Below are positions 39,995 through 49,142 of a stretch of DNA of 64,000 nt, in pieces. The stretch is from Mucilaginibacter sp. (GTDB lineage Bacteria > Bacteroidota > Bacteroidia > Sphingobacteriales > Sphingobacteriaceae), in NCBI RefSeq assembly GCF_028288225.1, contig NZ_JAQBOC010000062.1, forward strand, positions 58,265 to 122,264, in the 5' to 3' direction. Made by a program: the position numbers and the translations under genes. Position 1 is the stretch's first letter. The number at the start of each line of letters is the position of its first letter. The notes beneath the pieces were generated by a model that was not told the origin of the DNA, ran no database searches, and worked only from the letters and a program-made list of their open reading frames with translations.

Positions 39995-40106
39995 GTAGTT
40001 GATTTTTATTCTCTACTGGGCTGTGTCTTCACAGCACGCTGCCAGACCGGAACGCGTTGGTAGATAATGTTTCGGAAAAAAAACAACCGGAAATTATAAC
40101 CGCTGC

Positions 40107-40244
40107 TATCCTTTTTGATAATAAACCCTATCATTTTGATAGGGTTTATTTGCTTTAGCTTTTAATATTTGCTGCTTGTATCTATATAATTAACTGATAA
40201 TAAGCAAATTGAATAGTTATTCAAATTGATGGTATATCCTTTGC
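40107..40244 (+). promoter_or_regulatory. sigma54 promoter E (kdp operon) with enhancer boxes and IHF-like site
   Basis: TATCCTTTTTGATA 40107, TATCATTTTGATA 40129; IHF-like TATCAGTTAATTA (minus, 40187-40199); TGGTATATCCTTTGC 40230. Confidence 0.75.
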
Positions 40245-40268
40245 CAAGGTCAATAAAACTATAAGACA

Positions 40269-40352
40269 ATGAACACAATCATTCTTTTCCTGGCCCTGCT
40301 TCTTGGCTGTTGGCTCATTTTTAAATCCATTGACTATTTCGAAAAAATCTGA
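40269..40352 (+). CDS. 27-aa membrane micro-protein upstream of kdpF
   Basis: Read by hand: MNTIILFLALLLGCWLIFKSIDYFEKI*; absent from the ORF track. Confidence 0.7.
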   Translation: MNTIILFLALLLGCWLIFKSIDYFEKI

Positions 40353-40358
40353 AAAATT

Positions 40359-40436
40359 ATGTTAGCCCTATTCATCGTAGCAATTGCAGTTTTCATATAC
40401 ATGATATATGTGCTGCTTAAACCCGAAAAATTTTAA
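40359..40436 (+). CDS. kdpF: K+-transporting ATPase subunit F
   Basis: Read by hand: MLALFIVAIAVFIYMIYVLLKPEKF*; YxxYxLxxPExF signature directly before kdpA. Confidence 0.9.
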   Translation: MLALFIVAIAVFIYMIYVLLKPEKF

Positions 40437-40448
40437 TTGTAAAACACA

Positions 40449-42167
40449 ATGAACACTGAACTACTTGGAATTATTGCCTCCTTTGCCATCACGCTGCTGA
40501 TCGCAATCCCGCTGGGCAAGTACCTGGCCAGAATGTTTGCCGGGGAAAAAACATGGACGGATTTTTTAAAGCCGCTGGAAAACGGCATTTTTAAATTATC
40601 CGGTATTAACCCAAATGAACCGATGAACTGGAAACAGTTCCTCAAAGCTATGATGACCATAAATATCTTCTGGCTGGTTTATGGCTTTTTTGTTTTGATG
40701 TACCAGGGTAAACTACCGCTTAACCCTGACGGCAATGCAGGTCAAACAGCCGATACTGCTTTTAACACGATCATCAGCTTTGTGGTGAACTGTAACCTGC
40801 AGCACTATTCAGGAGAAAGCGGCGCTACCTATCTTACCCAGCACTTTATCTTTATGTTTTTACATTTTGTGAGTGCGGCAACGGGTATTGCATGCGCAGT
40901 GGCTGTATTTAAGGCCTTCAGGGATAAAACAGCTACAGATCTGGGTAACTTTTGGAATTTCTTTTTAAAATCCATTACCCGTTTGCTGTTACCCTTATCC
41001 ATAGTTGTGTCTTTAATACTGACCTTTAATGGTACCCCAAGCAGCTATGCCGGCAAGGATAAGTTTATTTCCTTACAAGGCGATACGGTAAACGTGTCGC
41101 GCGGACCGGCTGCACAAATGATCGCCATTAAGCACTTAGGTACCAACGGCGGCGGTTGGTTTGGCGCCAACTCGGCTCATCCGCTCGAAAATCCGAATTA
41201 CCAGACCAACATGACTGAGATCATTTCCCAGTTTATTATACCAGTAGCAATGATCCTGGCTTTCGGTTATTTTATACGCCGTAAGAAGTTAGCCTGGGTG
41301 TTTTTTAGCGTGATGATGTTAGGTGTAATGATGCTTATGTTACCCAGTATTAGCAGCGAATTAGGCGGTAATCCCTTAATTGCCAAAATGGGTATAAGCC
41401 AGGCAACCGGTGCTATGGAAGGTAAGGAGGTAAGATTTGGACCTACGGCAACAGCTTATTGGAGCACATTAACAACGGTTACTTCAACAGGCTCTGTTAA
41501 CGGCATGCACGATAGCACCATGGCGCTTACCGGTTTATGGGAATTGCTGGCCATGATGATAAACGGTTTCTTTGGTGGTTGCGGCGTGGGCCTTTTAAAT
41601 TATTTCATATACGTAATAATTGCGGTATTCATATCCGGCCTGATGGTTGGCCGCACCCCTGAGTTTCTCGGCCACAAGGTGGAGGCACGGGAGGTAAAAA
41701 TCGCGGCATTGATAACGCTGCTAAGCCCTTTCCTAATCATGACCGGAACGGCGCTCGCCAGCTATATCGTTACAGTTCACCCAAATATCGATTGGGCGGT
41801 AAAGCCATCCGCCTGGCTCAATAACCCTAAATACCATGGCTTTTCCGAAATGCTGTATGAGTATACCTCATCAAACGCCAACAATGGTTCCGGATTTGAA
41901 GGACTAGGCGATGGCAACATATTCTGGAACGTAACAACCGGAGTTGTGATGTTATTGGGACGCTTTTTGCCGATCATCGGTCCTGTTGCCATAGCAGGTT
42001 TGCTGGCGCAAAAGAAATTCATCCCCGAATCTGCCGGTACTTTAAAAACCGATACGCTCACTTTTGGAGTAATGACCTTTGCAGTCATCATTGTATTAAA
42101 TGCCTTGTCTTATTTCCCTGCCCTCGCCCTTGGCCCGCTGGCAGAACATTTCTCCATGCTTAAGTAA
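40449..42167 (+). CDS. kdpA: K+-transporting ATPase subunit A
   Basis: NLQHYSGE; KHLGTNGGG; NSAHPLENP; MEGKEVRFG; LMVGRTPE; NNGSGFEG. Confidence 0.97.
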   Translation: MNTELLGIIASFAITLLIAIPLGKYLARMFAGEKTWTDFLKPLENGIFKLSGINPNEPMNWKQFLKAMMTINIFWLVYGFFVLMYQGKLPLNPDGNAGQTADTAFNTIISFVVNCNLQHYSGESGATYLTQHFIFMFLHFVSAATGIACAVAVFKAFRDKTATDLGNFWNFFLKSITRLLLPLSIVVSLILTFNGTPSSYAGKDKFISLQGDTVNVSRGPAAQMIAIKHLGTNGGGWFGANSAHPLENPNYQTNMTEIISQFIIPVAMILAFGYFIRRKKLAWVFFSVMMLGVMMLMLPSISSELGGNPLIAKMGISQATGAMEGKEVRFGPTATAYWSTLTTVTSTGSVNGMHDSTMALTGLWELLAMMINGFFGGCGVGLLNYFIYVIIAVFISGLMVGRTPEFLGHKVEAREVKIAALITLLSPFLIMTGTALASYIVTVHPNIDWAVKPSAWLNNPKYHGFSEMLYEYTSSNANNGSGFEGLGDGNIFWNVTTGVVMLLGRFLPIIGPVAIAGLLAQKKFIPESAGTLKTDTLTFGVMTFAVIIVLNALSYFPALALGPLAEHFSMLK

Positions 42168-42173
42168 GAAAAA

Positions 42174-44201
42174 ATGAAAAATCAATCAAATAAATTATTT
42201 GAACCGGCCCAGGTTCAGACAGCCTTAAAGGAATCATTCATAAAGCTGGACCCCAGGGTAATGATCCACAACCCGGTAATGTTTACCGTGGAAGTTGGCA
42301 CATTGGTTATGCTGGTGGTAAGCGTATACAGCTTTTCGCACCATGACCAGGGATCATTCGGATACAACCTTGCCATATTTTTTATCCTGCTCTTAACTGT
42401 TCTGTTTGCCAATTTTGCCGAAGCAATTGCCGAAGCACGCGGAAAGGCACAGGCTGACAGCTTACGTAAAACCCGCCAGGAAACTCCTGCAAAGGTTATT
42501 ATGGAAGATGGAAGTATCGTAACCAAATCTTCCAGCGACTTGCGTAAAGGTGATGTATTTACTTGCGAAGCCGGTGACACAATTCCAACCGATGGTGAGA
42601 TCATCGAGGGGATAGCTACCATCGATGAATCGGCCATAACAGGTGAATCAGCACCGGTGATCCGCGAATCAGGGGGTGATAAATCATCCGTAACAGGTGG
42701 CACGAAGGTGCTATCTGACGAAATAAAGGTAATGGTGTCTACCCAGCCCGGCGAAAGCTTCCTGGATAAGATGATTGCTTTGGTTGAAGGTGCATCACGC
42801 CAGAAAACGCCAAATGAGATTGCCTTAACTATATTGCTGGCCAGCTTTACGCTGATCTTTATTATCGTATGCGTTACCCTGCAGCCATTTGCCAATTATG
42901 CCAATACACCTATAACTATAGCAGCTTTAATATCACTGTTTGTATGTTTGATCCCTACTACCATTGGCGGACTATTATCCGCCATCGGAATTGCGGGGAT
43001 GGACAGGGCATTAAGGGCAAATGTGATCACCAAATCTGGTAAAGCTGTTGAAACGGCAGGTGATATTGATGTACTTTTACTTGATAAAACAGGCACTATA
43101 ACTATAGGCAACCGTAAAGCAACCCACTTTTGGCCTGCCTTAAAAGTGTTACCGGACGATTTTATAACTGCTTGTGTACTGTCATCCCTTGCAGATGAGA
43201 CACCGGAAGGTAAATCAATTGTAGAGCTTGCAGCCACTCATTTTAAATTACCGGCAACGCCTGAAGGTTCTGAATTTGTAAAATTCACTGCCGAAACAAG
43301 GTCGAGCGGGATCAATACACCCGATGGCTTGCGCATCCGTAAAGGAGCATCTGATTCCATCAAAAATATTGCGCTGAAAGCAGGCAACCCTTTCCCTGAT
43401 GAAGTTGATGAAAGGGTAAAGATCATTGCTTCCAACGGCGGTACCCCGCTGGTTGTTTCGCAAAATGAAAAGATCCTGGGAGTTGTTGAGCTGCAGGATA
43501 TCATCAAAACCGGGATCTCTGAACGTTTTGAGCGCCTGCGTAAAATGGGCGTTAAAACAGTAATGGTTACCGGTGATAATCCCTTAACTGCCAAATTCAT
43601 TGCCGAAAAGGCTGGTGTTGACGATTATATTGCCGAAGCCAAGCCCGAAGATAAGATGAACTACATCAAATTGGAGCAAAACAGCGGTAAGCTTGTGGCC
43701 ATGATGGGCGACGGTACCAATGATGCCCCGGCCCTTGCGCAAGCTGATGTGGGCGTTGCAATGAACAGCGGTACCCAGGCAGCAAAAGAAGCAGGTAATA
43801 TGGTCGACCTTGATAACGATCCAACCAAACTGATAGAGATTGTTGAAATTGGAAAACAATTACTGATCACCAGGGGAACGCTTACTACCTTTTCGATAGC
43901 AAATGACGTGGCCAAATATTTTGCCATTGTGCCTGCCCTGTTTATGGCTTCCATACCAGCATTGCAAAGTATCAATATAATGGGGCTGCATAGTCCGGAA
44001 TCAGCAATCTTATCCGCAGTTATATTTAACGCCATCATTATTCCTATGCTGATCCCGCTGGCGCTAAGAGGCGTGGAATACAAGCCGATAGGAGCAAGCG
44101 CACTGTTGCGCCGTAACCTGATGATCTACGGGGTTGGCGGTGTGATCGCGCCATTTATAGGGATCAAGCTAATTGATCTCATTGTTGCACACATCATTTA
44201 A
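42174..44201 (+). CDS. kdpB: K+-transporting ATPase subunit B
   Basis: NPVMF; TGES; CLIPTTIGG; DKTGT; KGA; [13 protein letters not shown]. Confidence 0.97.
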   Translation: MKNQSNKLFEPAQVQTALKESFIKLDPRVMIHNPVMFTVEVGTLVMLVVSVYSFSHHDQGSFGYNLAIFFILLLTVLFANFAEAIAEARGKAQADSLRKTRQETPAKVIMEDGSIVTKSSSDLRKGDVFTCEAGDTIPTDGEIIEGIATIDESAITGESAPVIRESGGDKSSVTGGTKVLSDEIKVMVSTQPGESFLDKMIALVEGASRQKTPNEIALTILLASFTLIFIIVCVTLQPFANYANTPITIAALISLFVCLIPTTIGGLLSAIGIAGMDRALRANVITKSGKAVETAGDIDVLLLDKTGTITIGNRKATHFWPALKVLPDDFITACVLSSLADETPEGKSIVELAATHFKLPATPEGSEFVKFTAETRSSGINTPDGLRIRKGASDSIKNIALKAGNPFPDEVDERVKIIASNGGTPLVVSQNEKILGVVELQDIIKTGISERFERLRKMGVKTVMVTGDNPLTAKFIAEKAGVDDYIAEAKPEDKMNYIKLEQNSGKLVAMMGDGTNDAPALAQADVGVAMNSGTQAAKEAGNMVDLDNDPTKLIEIVEIGKQLLITRGTLTTFSIANDVAKYFAIVPALFMASIPALQSINIMGLHSPESAILSAVIFNAIIIPMLIPLALRGVEYKPIGASALLRRNLMIYGVGGVIAPFIGIKLIDLIVAHII

Positions 44202-44293
44202 TATTAAAGAAATGAAACCATCATGAGCTGCCTTTTAATAAACTAATAGCGCTCATGATAGCTGAATTGCAATTGAAAAAACAATTAAACACA

Positions 44294-44857
44294 ATGAAAA
44301 AGTATATTATTCCATCCATAAGGATCACCATCGTACTTACCATAGTATTATGTGTTATCTACCCATTATTTATTACGCTGGCCGGAAAACTCTCCAAAGG
44401 AGGAGGCGATGGTGAAACAATAGTGGTGAACGGCAAAGTAGTTGGCTACGCTAATGTAGGGCAAAGCTTCACCAAACCCCAATATTTTTGGGGCAGGCCA
44501 TCGGCTGTGGCTTACAACGCAGCCGGGTCAGCAGGATCCAACAAAGGGCCAAGCAATCCTGATTATCTGAAAGATGTTTCTAACCGGATTGACACTCTTT
44601 TAAAATATCACCCCTACCTTAAGCGCAGTGATATTCCGGCTGACATGGTTACCGCATCCGGCAGCGGGCTGGACCCGGACGTGTCTCCCGAAGCTGCAAA
44701 AATACAGGTAAAAAGGGTGGCAAAATTCCGGAAGCTGGATGAGCAAAAAGTTGCCTCATTGGTGGATAGCCATATTGAAGCGCCTTTGTTGGGTTTGTTC
44801 GGCCCCCCGAAAGTTAATGTGCTAAAATTAAACGTAGCGCTTGACCAGTTGAAATAG
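44294..44857 (+). CDS. kdpC: K+-transporting ATPase subunit C
   Basis: GQSFT..YFWGRPSA; GSN.GPSN; VTASGSGLDP; VNVLKLN; start moved to MKKY. Confidence 0.95.
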   Translation: MKKYIIPSIRITIVLTIVLCVIYPLFITLAGKLSKGGGDGETIVVNGKVVGYANVGQSFTKPQYFWGRPSAVAYNAAGSAGSNKGPSNPDYLKDVSNRIDTLLKYHPYLKRSDIPADMVTASGSGLDPDVSPEAAKIQVKRVAKFRKLDEQKVASLVDSHIEAPLLGLFGPPKVNVLKLNVALDQLK

Positions 44858-44866
44858 ACCATCTGC

Positions 44867-44910
44867 AGCAGAAAGCCGGTTATTTGATCTTATGGCCAGC
44901 TTTCTGCTTT
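44867..44910 (+). terminator. hairpin terminator after kdpC
   Basis: AGCAGAAAGC...GCTTTCTGCTTT. Confidence 0.6.
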
Positions 44911-45005
44911 ATATTGATTAAGCAATAAGAAGAATTATATTAGTGTAATATAAGGTTGGAAGGAAAGACCTATAATAGTGTAGCGTCAATCATGAATTGA
45001 CGCTT

Positions 45006-45056
45006 AGTCTTGAGTCGACAGTCTTGAGTTCTAAGTCAGAAGTTTGACTTAACACT
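45006..45056. repeat. second copy of the AGTCTTG heptamer repeat element
   Basis: AGTCTTG AGTCGAC AGTCTTG AGTTCTA AGTCAGA AG TTTGACT TAACACT; same core as 2439-2518. Confidence 0.7.
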
Positions 45057-45144
45057 AGTAAAGATAAAATATTTTGAAAGATAATAGTTACGTTGCAAAC
45101 AATCCATTAATTACAGGCAGCTTAGCGGTTTCATTTTAATTACA

Positions 45145-46275
45145 ATGAAAACGGAAGAAAAGAATGATGAGGTTAAAGCCTTTATTGAGCTGGTAAAAAA
45201 ATCCAGGCGGGGGAAATTTAAGATCTATATCGGCATGAGCGCCGGTGTGGGCAAAACTTACCGGATGCTGCAGGAAGCTCATGCACTTTTACGCAACGGT
45301 ATTGATATTCAAATTGGTTATATAGAAACTCACAATCGTGCTGAAACATCTAGTTTATTAGCCGGATTGCCGGTTATACCACGAAGAAAAATTTTTTATA
45401 AAGGTAAGGAACTCGAAGAAATGGACCTGCCTGCCATTTTGAACCGGCACCCGGAAGTTGTTATTGTTGATGAGCTGGCACACAGTAATGTGGAAGGCAG
45501 CAAAAACAGTAAACGCTGGCAGGATGTGCTGGATATACTGGAAGCCGGGATCAGTGTTATTTCTGCTGTAAATATTCAGCACCTGGAAAGCATGAACCAG
45601 GAAATTGAAGAGATCACGGGAATCCCGATCACCGAGCGGATCCCCGATAAAGTGCTGGAGCTAACAGACGAAATTGTTAATATTGACCTTACTGCCGATG
45701 AGTTGATAGACCGGTTGAAAGAAGGAAAAATCTATGACAAAAGCAAGGTGAACACCGCATTGCAAAATTTCTTCCAGGCTGATAAGATCTTACAACTACG
45801 GGAGCTTGCGCTGAAAGAAGTAGCGCACCATGTGGAAAGAAAGATTGACATTGAAATACCAAAGCAAATTAAGCTCAGGCCTGAAAAGTTTTTGGCCTGT
45901 ATCTCGTCCAATGCGGAAACGGCAAAGGTGGTGATCCGTAAAACGGCCCGGCTGGCGTCTTATTATCGTTCACCCTGGATAGTTTTATATGTGCAAAGCA
46001 GCAGCGAAAGCGGCGACCGGATAAAACTGGATAAACAACGCCACCTGATCAATAATTTTAAACTGGCAACGGAGCTTGGCGGCGAAGTTGTAAAAATTAA
46101 AAGCGACCAGGTTACACAAACAATAATGAATGTGGCCGAAGAAAGAGAGATCACTACAATATGCATTGGCAAACCGCATTTAAACCTTTTCCAGGTAATA
46201 TTGCGAACGGCCGTATTTAACGAGTTATTAAAGAAAATAGCAGCAACAGCAACCGACCTGGTTATTTTGTCATGA
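45145..46275 (+). CDS. kdpD: KdpD N-terminal sensor plus USP domain (split KdpD, no kinase domain)
   Basis: GMSAGVGKTYRML; VDELAHSN; KRWQDV; NIQHLES; LRELAL; C-terminal USP-like domain. Confidence 0.92.
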   Translation: MKTEEKNDEVKAFIELVKKSRRGKFKIYIGMSAGVGKTYRMLQEAHALLRNGIDIQIGYIETHNRAETSSLLAGLPVIPRRKIFYKGKELEEMDLPAILNRHPEVVIVDELAHSNVEGSKNSKRWQDVLDILEAGISVISAVNIQHLESMNQEIEEITGIPITERIPDKVLELTDEIVNIDLTADELIDRLKEGKIYDKSKVNTALQNFFQADKILQLRELALKEVAHHVERKIDIEIPKQIKLRPEKFLACISSNAETAKVVIRKTARLASYYRSPWIVLYVQSSSESGDRIKLDKQRHLINNFKLATELGGEVVKIKSDQVTQTIMNVAEEREITTICIGKPHLNLFQVILRTAVFNELLKKIAATATDLVILS

Positions 46276-46302
46276 CCGGTAAATAATTAAAAAGCTAATA
46301 AA

Positions 46303-48063
46303 ATGAAAATCAAAAATAAATTACGGTTAGGATTCGGATTCCTTTTCCTGATCGTTCTTTCCTTCGGGATCGTAGCCATATTTTATATCCATGAAATTTC
46401 AGACAGCGCAAAAGTAATTCTGAAAAACAACTATGAGTCATTAAGTTTTGCCCGCGAAATGCGGACTGTGCTGGATGAAAATAAATTGCCATTAAACAGC
46501 ATGGCGATAACGGATTTTGAAAGCCAGCTGGTGCGGCAGGAAAATAATATTACCGAAAAGGGGGAGACGGAGGCAACTACCGGTTTAAGAAAAGCATTTA
46601 ACATATTGAAGGCCCCAAACAGCAGCGCTGCAGATCAGGAGAACGCACAGTACCAGGCCAGGGCCCGGCTGCGAGAGGTTGAATTGTTAAACATGAAGGC
46701 CATTGTGCGTAAAAATGATCGTGCACAGGCTTCGGTAAATAAGGCTACGGTTTTATTGGGCCTGGTCGGGACGTTTACTTTCCTGATACTGTTCAGCTTT
46801 AGTGTCAACTTCCCCGGGTTTATAGCCAATCCGCTTAAGAAACTGGTAGACGGAATCAGGGAGATCAGTCAAAAAAACTATGATCAACGGCTAAATTTCA
46901 GTACCGATGACGAGTTTGCAGATGTGGCCGCTGCCTTTAATGAAATGACAGACCGGTTAAAAGAATGGGAAAATAGTAACCTGGCTACGGTACTCTCTGA
47001 AAAGCAACGGATTGAAACAATTATCGAGCAAATGCAGGACGCGATCATTGGTGTCAATGAAAAACAAGAAATCTTGTTTATCAATACTGTTGCTGAAGAT
47101 GTTTTAAATCTGAAAGAAAAAAAGCTGGTAGGGCAAAACGTAAATAAATTTACGGCGACAAACGACCTGTTTAAATCAATCATTGAAAACCAAACCATTA
47201 AATCATTTAAGATTGTGCTTAATGGTAAAGAATCTTATTTTCAGCTTGACAGCCGGGAAATTGTAATTCCTAACCTGGATGCAACACCAGAAGATGTATT
47301 GAGCATTGGCAGTAAATCAGTTGGGCGGGTTTATATGCTCCGGAACATAACTGAATTTAAAGAGCGGGATGAAGCTAAAACCAATTTTATCGCAACTATT
47401 TCCCATGAGCTAAAAACGCCCATTTCTTCCATCAAAATGAGTTTAAAACTATTACAGGACAAGCGCATAGGCCCTGTGAATGAGCAACAGCTGGAACTGG
47501 TTGAGCATATTAAAGATGACAGCGACCGTTTACTAAAAATAACCAGTGAGCTGCTTGATCTGTCCCAGGTAGAAACAGGCAATATCCAGTTAAATTTCGT
47601 TCTTTCAGATCCTTTGGAAATTGTTAATTATGCGCTTGACTCAGTAAAATTCCAGGCAGAGCAAAAAGGGATCGGCTTACAGGTAAAAGCTGATGCACAT
47701 CTTCCAAAAGTACAGGTAGATATGGAAAAAACCGCATGGGTACTGGTTAACTTTCTTTCGAATGCATTGCGGTACAGCGGAGAAAAATCAAAGGTTGTTA
47801 TTGAGCTTCACGAAAAAAACAACCAGGTAATTTTTGCGGTAAAGGATTTTGGCAGAGGTATTGATGAACAATATCAGAAACGTTTATTTGAACGCTATTT
47901 CCAGGTGCCAACAGACGGTCAGAACAAATCAGGATCCGGTTTGGGGCTGGCTATTTCTAAAGACTTTATTGAAGCACAACAGGGCACCATTTGGGTTGAA
48001 AGCGCAATTGGCGAAGGAAGCAGTTTTTATTTTTCATTGCCATCAGTTCAGGAAGTTGCCTGA
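46303..48063 (+). CDS. HAMP-PAS histidine kinase (Kdp-associated)
   Basis: Two TM segments; HAMP DEF..VAAAFNEM; SHELKTP; NALRY; D.GRGI; GSGLGLAI. Confidence 0.92.
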   Translation: MKIKNKLRLGFGFLFLIVLSFGIVAIFYIHEISDSAKVILKNNYESLSFAREMRTVLDENKLPLNSMAITDFESQLVRQENNITEKGETEATTGLRKAFNILKAPNSSAADQENAQYQARARLREVELLNMKAIVRKNDRAQASVNKATVLLGLVGTFTFLILFSFSVNFPGFIANPLKKLVDGIREISQKNYDQRLNFSTDDEFADVAAAFNEMTDRLKEWENSNLATVLSEKQRIETIIEQMQDAIIGVNEKQEILFINTVAEDVLNLKEKKLVGQNVNKFTATNDLFKSIIENQTIKSFKIVLNGKESYFQLDSREIVIPNLDATPEDVLSIGSKSVGRVYMLRNITEFKERDEAKTNFIATISHELKTPISSIKMSLKLLQDKRIGPVNEQQLELVEHIKDDSDRLLKITSELLDLSQVETGNIQLNFVLSDPLEIVNYALDSVKFQAEQKGIGLQVKADAHLPKVQVDMEKTAWVLVNFLSNALRYSGEKSKVVIELHEKNNQVIFAVKDFGRGIDEQYQKRLFERYFQVPTDGQNKSGSGLGLAISKDFIEAQQGTIWVESAIGEGSSFYFSLPSVQEVA

Positions 48064-48111
48064 TAGAATATATCATGACATATACAAAGCCAAATATTTC
48101 CGTTGGCCTGC

Positions 48112-48144
48112 AAAGCCGTTTATTAAAGCATAACGGCTTTTTTT
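48112..48144 (+). terminator. intrinsic terminator
   Basis: AAAGCCGTT...AACGGCTTTTTTT. Confidence 0.7.
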
Positions 48145-48215
48145 ATTAGCTTAGTATCCTATTAAATATGGTTTGATTTTTATAATAATATCCTCAACCC
48201 AAATCAAAATATATC

Positions 48216-48992
48216 ATGAAAATAGCAACCTACAATGTAAACGGAGTTAACGGAAGGCTGCCGGTACTCCTCCGCTGGCTTAATGAAACAGCTCCGGATG
48301 TTGTTTGCCTGCAGGAGCTTAAAGCACCCCAGGAAAAATTTCCGGAGGAGGCTATCCTGGATGCAGGGTATAATGCAATCTGGCATGGGCAAAAGAGCTG
48401 GAATGGTGTAGCCATCCTGGCGCGTGGCAGCGATGTCAATGAGGTGAGGCGGGTACTTCCTGGTGATCCTGAAGATGAGCACAGCCGTTATATTGAGGCA
48501 GTTGTAAATGGCATTACTATTGGCTGCCTTTACCTGCCAAACGGCAACCCTGCTCCCGGACCAAAGTTCGACTATAAACTGCGCTGGTTTGACCGGCTGA
48601 CGCTTCATGGGGCTGAATTGCTTGCATCTGGCATGCCTGTGGTTTTGACCGGAGATTATAATGTTATGCCTACGGAACTTGATGTGTACAAACCTGAGCG
48701 CTGGGTGGATGATGCATTGTTCCGGCCTGAAACCCGCGCGGCCTTTAAAACACTTGTTGATCAGGGCTGGACAGACGCAATCCGCAAACTTCACCCACAC
48801 GAAAAGATCTATACATTTTATGATTATTTCCGCAATGCATATGGGCGTGATGCGGGTTTACGCATTGATCACTTCCTGCTTAGCCCACACCTGAACAGCC
48901 GCTTAACTGCTGCTGGCGTCGATCGTGATGTACGGGGATGGGAAAAGACAAGCGACCATTGCCCGGTTTGGATCGAGCTGGCTGATGTGTAA
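48216..48992 (+). CDS. xth: exodeoxyribonuclease III
   Basis: ATYNVNG; CLQELK; YLPNGN; GDYN; GLRIDHFL; SDHCPV. Confidence 0.93.
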   Translation: MKIATYNVNGVNGRLPVLLRWLNETAPDVVCLQELKAPQEKFPEEAILDAGYNAIWHGQKSWNGVAILARGSDVNEVRRVLPGDPEDEHSRYIEAVVNGITIGCLYLPNGNPAPGPKFDYKLRWFDRLTLHGAELLASGMPVVLTGDYNVMPTELDVYKPERWVDDALFRPETRAAFKTLVDQGWTDAIRKLHPHEKIYTFYDYFRNAYGRDAGLRIDHFLLSPHLNSRLTAAGVDRDVRGWEKTSDHCPVWIELADV

Positions 48993-48994
48993 AA

Positions 48995-49134
48995 AACAGG
49001 TTGCTCCACAGTAATATGCGGATAACGGAAATTGCCGATGAATTTGGTTTTACTGATAAAAGCCACCTCAACCGCATCTTCAAAAATACCGGGGAATGAA
49101 TCCTACTGATTTTAAGAAAAAACCTGCTTCATAA
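48995..49134 (+). pseudogene. C-terminal remnant of an AraC-family regulator, frameshifted
   Basis: NRLLHSNMRITEIADEFGFTDKSHLNRIFK, then after one missing base YRGMNPTDFKKKPAS*; no N-terminus. Confidence 0.8.
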
Positions 49135-49142
49135 CAACGTTA

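Noticed and set aside
40014-40080. GC-richer patch before enhancer E, possibly a REP remnant
   Set aside because: No clean inverted repeat or second copy visible.
42215-44083. Chain of long antisense ORFs opposite kdpB, and similar ones opposite the RND, NtrC, nirB, xth and TonB genes
   Set aside because: Shadow frames of well-supported genes caused by codon bias; no motifs of their own.
44220-44259. ATCATGAGC/GCTCATGAT inverted repeat between kdpB and kdpC, and the longer kdpC start at 44255
   Set aside because: Long loop and no U-tail, so function is unsupported; ATG 44294 gives a typical KdpC N-terminus.
44930-45004. Hairpins TTATATTA/TAATATAA plus GGTTG and AGCGTCAAT/ATTGACGCT as a second sRNA like the one at 39175
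   Set aside because: No sigma54 element, enhancer boxes or anti-AUG loop; similarity is limited to TAAGGTTG.
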